From: Salisapilia sapeloensis CBS 127946
Taxonomy: Eukaryota > Protista > Oomycota
Direction: 5' to 3'
NCBI GenBank assembly: GCA_023334545.1
Contig: JAADVB010000014.1
Location: 1-64,000, forward strand
Length of the DNA: 64,000 nt
The notes beneath the pieces are model-generated. The model ran no database searches. It was not told the DNA's origin and saw nothing but the letters and a program-made list of their open reading frames with translations. Both the position numbers and the translations under genes were made by a program. The first letter of the stretch is position 1. Every line of letters starts with the position of its first letter. Positions 34,005 through 46,616 of this stretch are shown one piece after another.

Positions 34005-34283
34005 TACATGGAGAGCTAAGGTGAAATAGAATAGCTTTATGTTTGCATTCCTTGTCTTCTTGTCCGTGACCGTCGAACGTGGTCAGGGCGTCGACCGTGA
34101 ATCCTGAAAAGCCACACCCATCTCAACTTCTGTTCATGTCTGCGAGGCAGCATCTTTTCTACATTGCCATCCGTAATGAGGCGAAGTATACGCGTCAAGT
34201 CACTCGAAAGTGTATCAAGAGCGGTAACCCATGTATCGATTACGAGAAAAATAGTTTATTATTAGTCCGTTCAAGCGGTGTAC

Positions 34284-34636
34284 TTATCCGCGTTGCTGTT
34301 TCTCTAGTATACGTCCATATTCAAGGATGAGCACATGCATGACGATGCTCACGACAATCAGCGCCCACCAAATTAATAGTTCGCTTCTTGACGTAGCGAA
34401 GACATACTGCGAGGAGCGTTGCCCATCAATGAGCGGCATTCGGGCGTGGGTGCAACAGGCGCTGTCCGTTCGCCGGACACCGTATAACGTCGACGCTTGT
34501 CGATCTTGGGCATCGAGTGCTTGTGCGTCGTCGCCGTCGGCGTGGAATACCCATCGTTTCCTCCGAACGCCTGGTTATTATTGTTAGGTCGCGGCGAGTC
34601 CAAGCGGACGGACACGTTGATGGCAGGGTGTGGCAT
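34284..34636 (-). CDS. Small hypothetical protein, possibly with C-terminal TM helix
   Basis: ORF from ATG 34636. A possible 74-nt GT..GCAG intron would join it to YVFATSRSELLIWWALIVVSIVMHVLILEYG. The splice and the end coordinate are tentative. Confidence 0.35.
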
Positions 34637-35622
34637 GCTTGGTTCTCTTCTCGGCGATTGGGAAAGTGGTGGCTTGTTTTAGACTGCACGCACCCCTTGA
34701 TGATCAACCTAGCCTTTGTATGCGATCCTAGGTGCATTCCTTCAAGCCGCTGCAGTACTTGACTTAAGTATACAGCTTCTAGAACCAGGTTCTTCCACTA
34801 ATTCGGATCGAACGGTTTCGCGCCGTTTCGCGACATCAAGGGGAGGAGGCACATATCGCATCGAGAGAGGAAGAAAGCAGTAGCGTGCAGGTAAGCACGC
34901 GTGAAATATGTCATGCGAAGCTGTCCTATCGATGGAGGTGTGGCGGTAGAGAAGAGTAGTAAAAATAGGAGCTATAGAAACCTCGTGCTGAAATCATTTT
35001 TATCCCCGTACTTTCGCGACAGACAGTGAAAAGTATCCACGACTCTTGAAGATTGAACCCGCGATCTGGAGTTGAAGAGGATGCGATCCAACCTCATGGC
35101 TTCTATGTGCCTGCCGAAGCGATGGCTTTCTCGTGCCACATCAATCAATTCTCTGGCTACTCAGTCTTATTCCTTTTCTTTCTAGAATTTTTCGTTCCTG
35201 AAATTGTCTATCCAAATCTATAAGTCGATAGGTGTCTGCACACGATCATGCTAGAGAAGCTTAGTTGTACTCCTTACCGAGTACAACGAAAGGTAATCAA
35301 AGTCACGACTTGCTTTTGTACAAACAATTGTATGAAATCTGGACGACAATATATTCCAATGCAAACAGACAAGGAAGAGTTCGAGTAGACATGGCAGATA
35401 GAATGATACGTCGTCTATATCTCCAAGAGATACTGCTACCTCTTGATATGTAAAGCAGAACAAGAAAGGAGGGTGTAAGCGTAACCGTAAGATGAAGTCG
35501 ATGAGATAAAAACAAATGTGGTGTAGTTATATTTATGCTTTAGCTTTTGGCGTTCAAATGATCTTCATGAATCATGTAAGAGGCATAATAATTCTTCGGA
35601 GCATGTGCAGATTCTGTCCGAG

Positions 35623-35943
35623 TTAATCAAAGTAGTTCTCTTTTAGCCATGCAATCGTCGCCGTAGGGATGATGTCCGTGAACGGCAGAAGCTCTTCAAA
35701 GAAGCCAATGTACTTGGCCGCTGGCATCGTATCGTCATACAAGGCTGCAATAGCCGCCGCGGACACTGGTGCCCAGAAAACATCGGCGATTTCCCCCAAT
35801 ATCGGTACCGCCATGGAACAGTTTCCAAGGGCGTCGATCACTATACTGGCGACAAGTTTCCGCCTTGGGTCCGCACGTGCGTAGACGGCCAAGCGATTAA
35901 TAATATCGAGTACTTGCTGATTCGTCGTCTCCTTCCTTGCCAT
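35623..35943 (-). CDS. Small intronless membrane protein resembling a Bacteroidetes-type conserved hypothetical family
   Basis: SIVIDALG..S..VPILGEIADVFWAPVSA....LY......IGFFEELLPFTDIIPTATIAW. Pattern recalled from bacterial and algal hypotheticals, not verified. Confidence 0.7.
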   Translation of the reverse strand: MARKETTNQQVLDIINRLAVYARADPRRKLVASIVIDALGNCSMAVPILGEIADVFWAPVSAAAIAALYDDTMPAAKYIGFFEELLPFTDIIPTATIAWLKENYFD

Positions 35944-36034
35944 CTTGATGAAAAAATTCCGAGTGCTTCCTTCGGAGCTTAAAGGTTCGATTCGACCATT
36001 TTGACATGTGCTCCAGGCGCTGGATTGGTTTAAA

Positions 36035-37546
36035 ATGCCGGATGGAAAATCTACACAAAACAACACGATCGGAGGATGCCGGACGTTGTGTCAGACGGAG
36101 CTCGATTTCAAGACAACTACGAACCCACAGGTGCTGCTTTTGCGTCAGATAGTGTATGTAGACGATAGGCGTATACTGATATGTTTGCTGTGGTGCTTGA
36201 ATTGCTATGCAATACGCTACAGAGCTCCAAACTGTACGATGCCAAGAATGCACTCGAGCGTCAGCCAGTGTGGCTTGTCGAGCTTGCTCGAAAGCGTTCT
36301 GTCGACCGTGCGAAGTAAAGCTTCACAACCAATTGGGTGCGAATTCTAAATCCAAGAAGATTGCCCATCAGTCTCAAATTCAATGGGTCCATCGTACGAT
36401 TCCCATTCCTCCGACGTTTGACTGTGATTGACAATCTACTTGTAGCCTGCAGTATCTGCAACAGCAAGCAGGCTGAAGTCTATTGCGCAGAGTGCACTAC
36501 CTTTAACTGCATGATCTGCTACATGGATACTCATGAGGAGACAATGTTGTCCCATAACTTCTTTGCCATCGAAGGTAGTGCTGCGATGGACAATATCGAT
36601 GATCAACAAGTAAATGTATGGAGATATAGGTGCATCAGCGTCCGTATTTCCGAAATCGACTTGGAACAATGTGTTTCGAGGCATGGTCGAACAGCATTTT
36701 CACAAAATTTTCTTTGGCCAGCAGAATCCGTCTGCTACTTCCACGGACGTACCGATCAAGTCCGAGACACCAGCACCTACAAACGATATGGAGTCTCTTT
36801 CTATTGAGGAAGATGCTCCTCCGTCTGCAGATGAGGTCAAATCAGAGCTTGTTAACCCTGCTGTCCAAGTCAAGCCGGAACCTGTTCAGACTACTACACA
36901 GGCTGCTTCCGATACAGTGATAGACCTGACTGGCAGTGACGACGAGTCTCTTCGAGTCAAGGAAGAGTCGACTGCTTCAAATAGCGCTTGGCCGGATATA
37001 TTGACTACTGGGAATGTGTATGGGGACACGCTGTTGCGCGAGTACAGTCGCCTAGGTATCGAGATCGCAGAGAAAAAGGCCGAGCAGCAGGAATTGAGCA
37101 GTCAGCTATCGTCTTCACCGAGTCCAGCCGAGGCGAATCGGATCATCGAGGCACTGCATTCGGTTCAAAATGCTCTTGTGAAGAAGAATCATGCACGCGA
37201 TGTATCTGTCGGCCATTTGCTCTTGGCTTTTCGATCCGTTCCAGATGCATCCTTAGGAGCACTGAACATTCCATTCGCACAAGAGACTTGTCATAAGAAG
37301 TGTCAGGAGATCGAAGCCAAGTTATTGCAAGTAGGTAGGACAATAGCGAGATTGCAAGACGAAATGCAGCAGGCGCTCGCGTTGAAGTCCAATGATCAAT
37401 TCGCCCAAGTCGCACGCATTGACGAAGAGATGAAGAAGGAGCGGCAGCAAGTGGACGAACTGATGGAAGAGCGTCTGTCCAAGATGCAGAGTCTGTACGT
37501 GTACAGTCCGCACGTCCGGCAAGCTGTGCGGGACTCTACTACTTAA
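36035..37546 (+). CDS. Double B-box zinc-finger protein with C-terminal coiled coil
   Basis: Spliced exons give CQEC..ASVAC.AC.KAFCRPC..KLH and CSIC..AEVYCAEC...C.IC..DTH. They join ORF 36614-37546. The start is uncertain. Confidence 0.7.
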
Positions 37547-37961
37547 TACTACTTCATTTGGTGTCTCTTCGTTCGCTTGTTCTGATTACGTAACGTTTGA
37601 AAGTCAAGCAGCTGTGGATGGACCTCTGTATAAGGACTCGTCGACCCTTTAAAAGCTGTGCGACTTGACGTCCGACTCGTGCCTTTCTTCCGGGTTTTCC
37701 GATTGAGAAAAAGAGGTAGATCGAAGGAGGGAGTATACTCGACGTATCCTTTTGAATCTGGTCTGGAAGTGATCGCTCTGCTTGCATTTGACACAAGTCA
37801 AGACGCTGGAAGAGAGTTTGGAGCCGACGTTGGGTGCTTCAAGCCAAGTGGAAGGCAGGTGAAAGGATTCGGATTGTACTATTAACATCGACGACGAGGA
37901 TGCCTTGTACGGAATCGACGCTATCAGCTCCCGATTTGTCTACTTCGATCCACGCGCGAGC

Positions 37962-39819
37962 ATGCTCTCTCGCGCTGCATTCGCTCACAGAGACGAAGGA
38001 TACGGTACACGAGCTCTTGGAATCTTCCCCACTGTCTTCACTACTTACATCTTGTAATGCGATAGCTGCTGCTTGTATGTGTTGCAGTGCTGGATGCCTT
38101 GGATCGACTGCAAGAGCGTCTGCATCTACCGACGTCGCTCGTGAAGGACGTACGGCGACGGCTTGCGAAGCTCATTGACAAATCTCGCTTCTCCCCGCCG
38201 TCTTCGTCTGAATCATATGACCCGCTGACGGAAGACAAACGGAAGTATCTGGCTTCTCACCTAGCAGAGAGTGACATGTGGGAGAATGCTGATGGAGAAG
38301 AAGTAAAAGGGGTTATCCAATGGCTCATTTCAGGTACCTTTATCTCCTCCATCGACTTCGATATACGCTTAATATCATTCCTAGTTACAAAGTCAGTCAC
38401 TCGACTTGTCACTGGCGGCACAAGGCGAGTGTATCGAGGTATATGCGTGCTTGTCATGATGCTACCAGGCGTATCTACGGCTTGTACGATCGTCCAGGGT
38501 ATCTTTTCGCTAATAGAAAAAGTCATCTCGTGGGGTTCTCGTGCCGCCATGGAAGTGGACACCAAGACAAGTCCTCGCAAAGGACGCGATCGAAGTATGA
38601 ATTATATGGCTGATCCAAGTCGTACGTCTCTTGTGTTTCCTACTATCTATACAAAACTAACTTCGAGACGTTGATAGTGACAGCAGTAGTGCTCGAGTAC
38701 CGAGAGAAGGAGTGCATGGTCCCGTTAAACATTAATCGCCGCATCCAGCGTGTGATGCACTTTCAGATCCCACTCCGGTCTTTTGAAGCCACCGTTCGAA
38801 TACCACCCGAGTCTATGGACGCTACCACGCGGTCGCCAGAGTCTCACCGGCGAGGTCTTACACTAAATAGCTCTGGGAGCAGCGGTGCCATCGCTTCCAC
38901 TTCTCCACGCTCGATTCCAGCGTCTCCAGTAGCTCGAAAGCGCGTGCAACTTGCTTTTTCCAATTTCTCTGACGACGTCCTGTACCAAGCACGAGATCGT
39001 TTGAGACAGGAGAGGACGGCGATGGTGACAGGTGGTGCGGAAGTCCAGATCCCTCGGTTTAGTGTGTACGACTGCCATGATGAAATTTTCTTATCCTGCG
39101 GCCGCCATTGTGCGACCAAGATGGGGTCAGGCATGTATCGTAGTGTCAGGGCGTCTGCGTCTATCCCAAGCGGTCGATTTGTGTATTTTGAAATGGTCTT
39201 GAACGAAATCCGGTCGCCTTTACGACCGAATATAGACACAATGCGAGGCGCAATTGGCGGCTCGTCTCGACCGAATAACATTCCGATAGATGCCAGCGTC
39301 TGCGTTGGTCTATCCACGAGGACGATGCCATTGAATACCCTCACAGGGACGTCGAAGTACTCTGTCGGTCTCTACTCTGCTGGTCATATCCTCGTCGGGT
39401 CCGAAAAGCGTAACTTCATCAATGTTAAGGCACGCTTCGGGTACGAGTCGACTGTCGGCATACTGGTGCGCATCGATCGCCGCAGTTCAGAAGCAACTAC
39501 GACTGCTAGTGTCCGCTTTTGTGTCGACGGACGAGTCCTCGTCGACAGCTCGGACAAGGTCGTGGAAGTGCTGCTTGACTTTCCAATAGATAATGAACTC
39601 TTCCCCACGTTGACGCTCCACTCACAAGATCTGCAGGTGTACGGTATGTTCTCTGCAGCGGACGTACCGTCAGTGTGCCCAAGCGCATTCGATGTCGAGA
39701 GTGAAGACGGTATTTGGGCGTTGGACGGCATGCGTGTGGATCGGACAGCAGCGCATCCGGCTGAACCTGCTACCATAGACGACTCGCCTGCACCCGTCCC
39801 GCCTCGTCTGGACGACTGA
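37962..39819 (+). CDS. SPRY/B30.2-like domain protein (multi-exon; 5' end uncertain, may start further upstream)
   Basis: RSVRAS.SIP..FVYFEM..VCVGLST..LNTL.G..KYSVGLYS.G..FG..STVGILV..LFPTLTL. Several short GT-AG introns link ORFs 38087 and 38671. Confidence 0.7.
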
Positions 39820-39941
39820 TACGATCGCCTTGCCTTGCTTTACTTTTGTAACTGAGATTGAGATTGAAATACAAATTACAGAAACGATTTTTACATACGC
39901 ATCGACTCGATGTCTCAACGCAGAGGCTCAAGTAGGAAGAA

Positions 39942-42900
39942 CTAGACGCTATATTTGCCGTACTTGTCGCCACCCAATCCCACTTGCAACGTCGTCTCGT
40001 TCAAGATACGCTGCAACTCGGCCTTGGCTTCCACCACCGACTGTCGAGTCGGTCCTTCAATCGCCTATAGGTATCCACTAGTTACAATCAAGGTATACGC
40101 ATCGATAACAAAGGTACGTACGAGATAGAGTTTCCGTTCGCCCGGATTCGGCTTGCGTTTCGTCGGCACGTGGCTGCCTCGAGCGATAACTGCAGCGCCA
40201 GTGAGCTCTGCGACGGACTCGGCAGCGTCCTTCTGCGTGACTTTCCAGCGTGCCTGCTGTGGATAGTCATTGATCTCTAGCTCTTCTTCGAAGAAGTTGC
40301 CATTGCCAGACACGGTCGCTTGGTGAGACTGATGCGCGAGCATCATGGCAATCTGCTTGGCCTTCTTGACAGCCGACATGGTTTCAGTGCTCAAGTGCTT
40401 GTCGTCCTTCTTCTCCGTCTCGGTTTCATTCTCCTCCTCCTCCTTCTCTTCCTTCTCCTCGACAAGAATACCCTGGTCCATCTCGTACTGTCGTCGCTCT
40501 GCCTGTGCTGCCTTTTGCGTTTCATTTAGCTCCGACTCGTCAAATGTATATCCTTTGCCTCTAAATCCACTTCCAGGCGCATGTGCTTCCCCTCTCTTGA
40601 CTCTTGCCATGAACCCGTCTGCCATTTGTCTCAATTCGTTCGGCACACTCTGCTTGCCACTTTCTAACGCCTTGACAAGCTCGAGCGAATACGCTTCTTC
40701 TTCCGGTGAAATAAAAGTATACGCCGTTCCTTTCCTCCCCGCTCGACCCGTACGTCCAACGCGATGGACGTAGTCTTCTAAATGATTCGGACAGTGGTAA
40801 TTGATCACGAGCACGAGGTCCTTTACGTCCAGCCCTCTTCCAGCAACAGACGTCGCGACCATGAGCGTACGCACCTTGCGTTTATAGTCATCAATCGTGT
40901 AGTCTCGATCCACTTGGTCCTTGCCGCCATGTAGGGACAGCGCTGGGTACCCTGCTCGCATGAGGTCCTGGAAGATCTGGTCGCAAGCCTGCTGCGTATT
41001 GACAAACACGAGCACATTCCCCTTTTCATACCACTTTCCAAGCAACTGGAGCAGCCGCATGAATTTGTCGTCTTCCTCCCGCACTTCCACATACTGCGTA
41101 ATGTCGCCGGAAGCGGTGCTACGTGCACCAACTGTGATCTCGACAGGTTTCTTCAGCACCTTTCGTGCTAGACCTTCGACACTACGTGGAAATGTCGCGG
41201 AGAACAGAAGTGTCTGTCGATCCGGACGGACGTTCATAAGGATCTTGGTGATCTGCGGCTCGAATCCCATGTCAAACATCCGATCAGCTTCGTCCAGAAC
41301 AACATACGTCACACGTGCCAAGTCTACCAGTTTGCCTGCGCTCATGGTAAGGATATCAATCATCCGGCCTGGCGTACACACGACCAAGTCAGCGCCTCGT
41401 TTCAGATTCGCGATCTGCTCCGAGACAGGAGAACCTCCGTACACGGCAGCAGCACGCATGCCCAGGCCTTTGGCAAACTTGCGTGCCTCGCTGTAGATCT
41501 GTTTCGCCAGCTCTCTTGCTGGTGCCATCACGAGAGCGATCGGTCCTTCGCCTTCCTTTAGTGGAGGTTGCGCCAGGATATGTCGGAACATGGGTAGCAG
41601 GAACGCTAGGGTCTTACCAGAGCCAGTCTTGGCGACTCCGATGACGTCTCGACCGGACATGATGGCAGGGAGCGCTTGACACTGGATTGCAAATGGTTCC
41701 GAGTACTCGAATTTGCGCAAGAGCTGGAGTGTGCGTAGACTAAGGCCGCATTGCGACCATTTGGTGAGTGGTTTCGGAACACTCTTTCCTCGTACGATGA
41801 TCTCTAGATCCTTTCGTAAGGACGCGACCTGTTCCTCCGACATGTCTTTAATCTCCTTGGGTTCGACATAGAATTTCTTTTGAAACGGAATGTAGTCAAT
41901 TTGAGCGTGATCGACTGGTTTTATCTCCTTCTTCTTCTGTGCTTCTTGTAGAATCTCAAGCGCAGATCGATCATCGATTTCATCTGCGTCTTCACCTATC
42001 ACATCTTCTTCAAAGCCTTGGTAGATACGACCAGTCTCACGCTTTACCACAGGCGGCTTCTCTTCAATAGATGGAACCACTTCTTCCGTCGCAGCAGTCG
42101 ACTTTTCATGGAACGCTTGCATAAACTCCTTAAGCTCCTTCTCTTCCCTTGCTTCCTTCTCCTCCTTTGTCTCTTCCTTGACAAAGTCACCAGAACTGTC
42201 GGTTGGGGGGAGGAAGGAGCCGTAGATATTCAACCGACCACCATTTTCTATCTCGTCCTTAGAGATGACACTGTCAGTGGCTTGCTGCATAGCTGCTTGG
42301 TCGGTCAAACCAGCCATGTACGCATCTAGGGGATCCACTTCATCCACTACTTGCTGCATTCGTTCCTTCTGAGCTCTCTCGTCCTCCTCTCTCTTCTTCA
42401 TCTGCTCTTCTGTCTCTTCCTCTGGTGTCCAGATGTGTGGCATCGTCGCCATCTTTTCTTCATTCCCAGCGTCAAACTGCTTCTGAGCCTCCTCCGCCTG
42501 CTTCTGTCGCTGTCGCTCTTTCCACTTCTGTAGCTGTTCCCGTCGACGACGTTTGGCTTGGTCCTCTGGATTCGAATCTTCCTGGTGAAGAGAGATGCCA
42601 CCAAAATGCAAGTCAGTCTTCTTTTCATTCGCCTCTGACTTCTCCACACTCGTGTCCGGCGCTTTCGTTTCCTTGTCGACACGTTGACGCTTGGCATCTC
42701 GATCTAGACTACGTTCCTTTGATCTTCTCGTATATGATGACTCTGTCGGCCTGGACTTGGAGCTAGAACCTTCATGTTTGTCACCGACATTTCGGTCAAC
42801 CGATCGATCAGACCGCTTGCCGTCGCGTTTGGACCGGTCTCGAGACCGAGATCGAGAGTCACGACGTCGACGGCTGGACCGACGCGATTGCGAGTGGCTG

Positions 42901-43034
42901 CGACTGCGTTTATCTCGACGGTGCCGTTTGCTGGACTTGTGACGCTCGCGTGACCGAGACCGCCGTCCACGATCGCGACTGGCTGACTGCGAAGGCGAAT
43001 GGCGGTGTCTCCTTCGAGAATCTTTTTCACCCAT
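39942..43034 (-). CDS. DDX46: DEAD-box helicase DDX46/Prp5 (spliceosome assembly)
   Basis: RS-rich N-terminus, DPLDAYM, AKTGSGKT, LDEADRMFDMGF, SAT, HRVGRTGRAG, ELEINDYPQ.ARWKVT. One 3' intron leads to AIEGPT..KYGKYSV*. Confidence 0.96.
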
Positions 43035-43413
43035 CGTATCAGATAGTAGATGTAAGTTTATACAAGTACTAGAGGTTCGTCAAGTGAGGTACGGACAAAG
43101 TAGATCGGTCGTACTTGATCGCCGGGTAAATGGGCTTTCTGTAAAAGTTGGTCGTACACTTGGTTTTTGTATATAGGGTGACGTAGCGAACGATTCGAGT
43201 GTAGCTACTATGGAAGTGACGCTAACCTCTGCTAGACTACTCATGTACCTCCATTGTCCATATATAGCAATAGAATCTTGCATAGACTACACGTGGCAAC
43301 TACCGTATGATGGAAGAGACTTTAAATGTACTCGAGAAACTAGTCTAAGGAAATGGGTTTATTCCATCGCATCAACGACACAAAAGTTGACACGAAAGCT
43401 TTATTGCCATCGT

Positions 43414-43686
43414 TTACTTCTTTGACCGCTTTCCTGCTCCCTTCTTCGGGATCGACTTGCCTCGACGTTTCATCTGGTCAATCTTGCCCAGTCGGTCCAT
43501 GCGGTTCAGCTCGTAGCTTGGGTCGTTACCACCCATGCGCAGCGCCAAAGGTTTCTGGAACCATGAAGCAATTTTCTCTCCTTTCAGTGCCTTGCTAATG
43601 ACTTTATTGCCCGACCGAGTCTGGTTCTGCGGCAGGCGCTGGAAGATTTTCCGGCTCACGTCTGCGATCGACGCCGTGGAGGCCAT
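43414..43686 (-). CDS. MRPS33: Mitochondrial small-subunit ribosomal protein mS33
   Basis: SRKIF...RSGNKVISKALKGEKIASW...KRRGK.IPKKG.GKRS signature. Confidence 0.88.
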   Translation of the reverse strand: MASTASIADVSRKIFQRLPQNQTRSGNKVISKALKGEKIASWFQKPLALRMGGNDPSYELNRMDRLGKIDQMKRRGKSIPKKGAGKRSKK

Positions 43687-43804
43687 TTTTCTCGAGTTGT
43701 GTTCACATTCGAGTCCATAGACTTTTTGACCAATGGTCTTCTCGAAATTTCGATTTCCACCAATCCAAATCTTCTTTCTATTCGCCTAACTGCCATTTTC
43801 GAAG
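43687..43804. promoter_or_regulatory. Bidirectional promoter mS33/RPE
   Basis: 118 bp between divergent ATGs. CCAAT at 43730 and 43760; Inr-like GCCATTTT just before the RPE ATG. Confidence 0.6.
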
Positions 43805-44503
43805 ATGTGTCATTCGTGCACCTGTAAGATCGGTCCTTCGCTCCTCGCGAGCGACTTGTCCTGCCTCAAGGACGAAGCTCAGCGTGTTGTGAATGCTGGA
43901 GCAGACTATCTTCACTTGGACGTGATGGACGGACACTTTGTACCAAACATTAGCTGGGGTCCGCCCGTCATTGCTTCCCTCCGAAAGCACTCGAAAGCCT
44001 TCTTCGATTGCCACATGATGGTTTCCAAGCCAGAGCAGTGGGTCGAAGACATTGCAAAGGCCGGAGGGGATCAATTCACCTTTCACTTGGAAGCAACGTC
44101 CGAGCCGCTTGCTCTGATTCAACAGATTCGTGATGCGAACATGAAGGTCGGCATCGCGATCAAACCCAATACGAAAGTGGAGGATGTTTTCCAGTTTGTT
44201 GACAAGGTGGATATGGTGCTCATCATGACCGTGGAACCTGGCTTTGGCGGACAAAAGTTCATGGAAAGCATGATGCCAAAGGTCGAGACTTTACGCAGTA
44301 ACTACCCGACGCTAGACATCGAAGTTGATGGCGGCCTCGGACCGTCGACGATTGACGCTGCTGCAAAAGCAGGCGCCAATATGATCGTCGCAGGCAGTTC
44401 CGTCTTTAAAGCGGAGGACCCTACCGAACCAATTCTAGAGATGCGTCATAGCGTCGAGAAGCATGGCAACGGCCTTGAAGATGACAAGTTGACCAAGCTT
44501 TAA
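43805..44503 (+). CDS. RPE: Ribulose-phosphate 3-epimerase
   Basis: [49 protein letters not shown]. Confidence 0.98.
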   Translation: MCHSCTCKIGPSLLASDLSCLKDEAQRVVNAGADYLHLDVMDGHFVPNISWGPPVIASLRKHSKAFFDCHMMVSKPEQWVEDIAKAGGDQFTFHLEATSEPLALIQQIRDANMKVGIAIKPNTKVEDVFQFVDKVDMVLIMTVEPGFGGQKFMESMMPKVETLRSNYPTLDIEVDGGLGPSTIDAAAKAGANMIVAGSSVFKAEDPTEPILEMRHSVEKHGNGLEDDKLTKL

Positions 44504-44532
44504 GAAACAATGGATTGCGAATACAAAAAAAT

Positions 44533-45260
44533 CTACATGTCTTCATCTTCCTGATCTAGGCGTTTGTAGGTACCTTCGGACCAGACACTAACTAGGCGCA
44601 GGCGGAACTCGGCCATCTTCCTGTCAAAGTGCTTCAGCAGTTGGGCTTGCTCCGGCGTCAGCGTCTGCCCTTGCTTGCAGATGACGTGGTCGCGCGTCAA
44701 GACGATTTTGCCCTTCTTCAAGTCCACTGGCAGGCCGAGCGCACGGAGGGACTCGACCATGCTGCCGATGAACTGCGGCAGCTCTCCTTCCTCCACTTTC
44801 ACCGTGTCCGTCGCAACGAAGCCGGAGCGAGGGTAGTCCTGTCGCACGAGCGTACCAAAGACTTGCTCGACTTCTTCCCGAGGCTTGTTGGTGAAAAGCA
44901 GACCGACATTGCCGCTCAAGTCGGACGCCAGACGGCACAATTCGTCCGCGTACTCCTCTTCTTTCGACCGTCCCAGCGCGACTTTCATCACTTTATTCTT
45001 ACCCAAGAAGAAGCTATATGCACACATTAGTACTTGCATGACACGGTGTTCATATCATCGTGAACGTACCGAGAATCACGGAACTCGAGACGCACTTCCT
45101 TGAAGTGGTTGGTGCGCATGTTCTCAAACGAAAAGGCATAGACCGTGCTGTAATTGTCGACGGCATCTCTCACTGCTGCAACGACATTTTGCTTCAAGTC
45201 ACTCCCCTTCTTCTGTGACTGGGTCAACGGCTTCGTACGCTGGCGCTTGGACTTGGGCAT
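44533..45260 (-). CDS. MRT4: mRNA turnover protein 4 (60S assembly factor)
   Basis: MPKSKR..LT..KKG, NMRTNHFKEVR, then intron 45014-45069, then FFLGKNKVMKVALG, GNVGLLFTN, LTPEQAQLLK.F. Confidence 0.96.
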
Positions 45261-45416
45261 ACTTCCGACTGAGGTGAATGAGCTAAGGAATAATCAGGTC
45301 GTCGTCGTGCTCACCAATCGAATTAGTCTTCATGTCATTGGGTTAAAAACGAATGTAGCCATCTGCGATTGGCTGATACTCGACCAAGTCTCCTCCACTC
45401 TTTCGAATAGCAAAAT
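45261..45416. promoter_or_regulatory. Bidirectional promoter MRT4/eIF3h
   Basis: 156 bp between divergent ATGs. CCAAT at 45314 and ATTGG at 45337 and 45368. Confidence 0.6.
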
Positions 45417-46575
45417 ATGGCGTGGGGTCTACCAACACCGCAGCCGGCGTCTACGCCTGCCCCCGCGGCACCAGCACCTTCTGCATGGGGTCCTCCGGCC
45501 TCTTCTACGCCGACCGTCCTTCCTCCCGAACCATCGGACTCGATCGACCTCTTTGAAGGCGTCGAGCCTGTAGAAACCGTGGAACTCGAAGGCGTTGCGC
45601 TACTCCAGATTCTCAAGCATTGTCATGAAAGTCTTCCGTCTACAGCTTCTGGCACGCTCCTCGGTCTCGCCAACGATGAAACGAAAGCTTTAGAAATCAC
45701 CAACAGCTTCCCATCTCCGTCCAACGCGATTGAGCGCCGACGAAAGGATGCGAGTGACGAGTATCAGCAGGAGATGATGAAAGGATTGCGTGAAGTCGGT
45801 GCAGATAACAACAAGGTCGGATGGTACACTTCTGCTTCTCTAGGCACTTTCATCACACCTTCCATCATCGACACGTGCATGCAGCACCAGCAAGCGCTCG
45901 GACCAAACGCCCTCTTCTTGGTCTACGACACTGCCGAGACGAGCAAAGGCAGCTTGAAGCTACGCGCGTTCAGGTTGAAGCAGTCGTTCTCCGAAGCGTA
46001 CAAGGCCGGAGCGTTTGCCAAGGATGGCAAGGACAAAGCAAAGGCCAACACGATCTTCGAAGAGCTATCGCTATCGCTTCACAACTCCGAGCTGATCGAG
46101 TGCTGGCTGCAGGGTATTGTCCAAACACAGGAGAGTGTCCTCGCGAACGGCTTCGACCGCCTCGACCTAGCCACTAACGCCTACTTGGTACATGCACTTG
46201 ACAACGTATCTTCCCACGCGTGTCGCTAACTTTATGATGTAGGAAAACAACTTGAAACAATTGAGTTCGTACGCGGACGAGTTGTCCCAAGAGCAGTACA
46301 AGTTCCAAGGGTATGAACGCGCCATGTCCAAGCAGCGTGCTTCGTACCAACAGTGGCAGAAGCGCCAACGGGAAGAGAACAAAGTGCGTCGTGAGAACGG
46401 CGAAAGTTTATTACCGGAGGAGGACCCAGACTATTTCAAGTCGTTGCATCAGCCGCCACGATTAGAGTCATTGCTCTTGACGAAGCAGATGAACGCGTAC
46501 TGCGAACAGGTCAACCGTTACGCCGGGAAATCGTTCCAGAAACTCTTCCTTGCTGCTAAGTTTCACCAGGAATAA
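45417..46575 (+). CDS. EIF3H: Translation initiation factor 3 subunit H
   Basis: MPN domain (V.LEG.ALLQILKHC..G.LLGL..LEITNSFP, D.N.VGWY.S). Intron 46188-46242 gives NAYLENNLK. PPRLESLL..QMNAYC. Confidence 0.95.
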
Positions 46576-46616
46576 AACCTTGCGCTTGGACAATACATGA
46601 TTCGTTTTGCGACCAG

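Noticed and set aside
37549-37888. Short minus-strand ORFs between the B-box and SPRY genes
   Set aside because: They have no motif and overlap the probable promoter or 5' exon of the SPRY gene.
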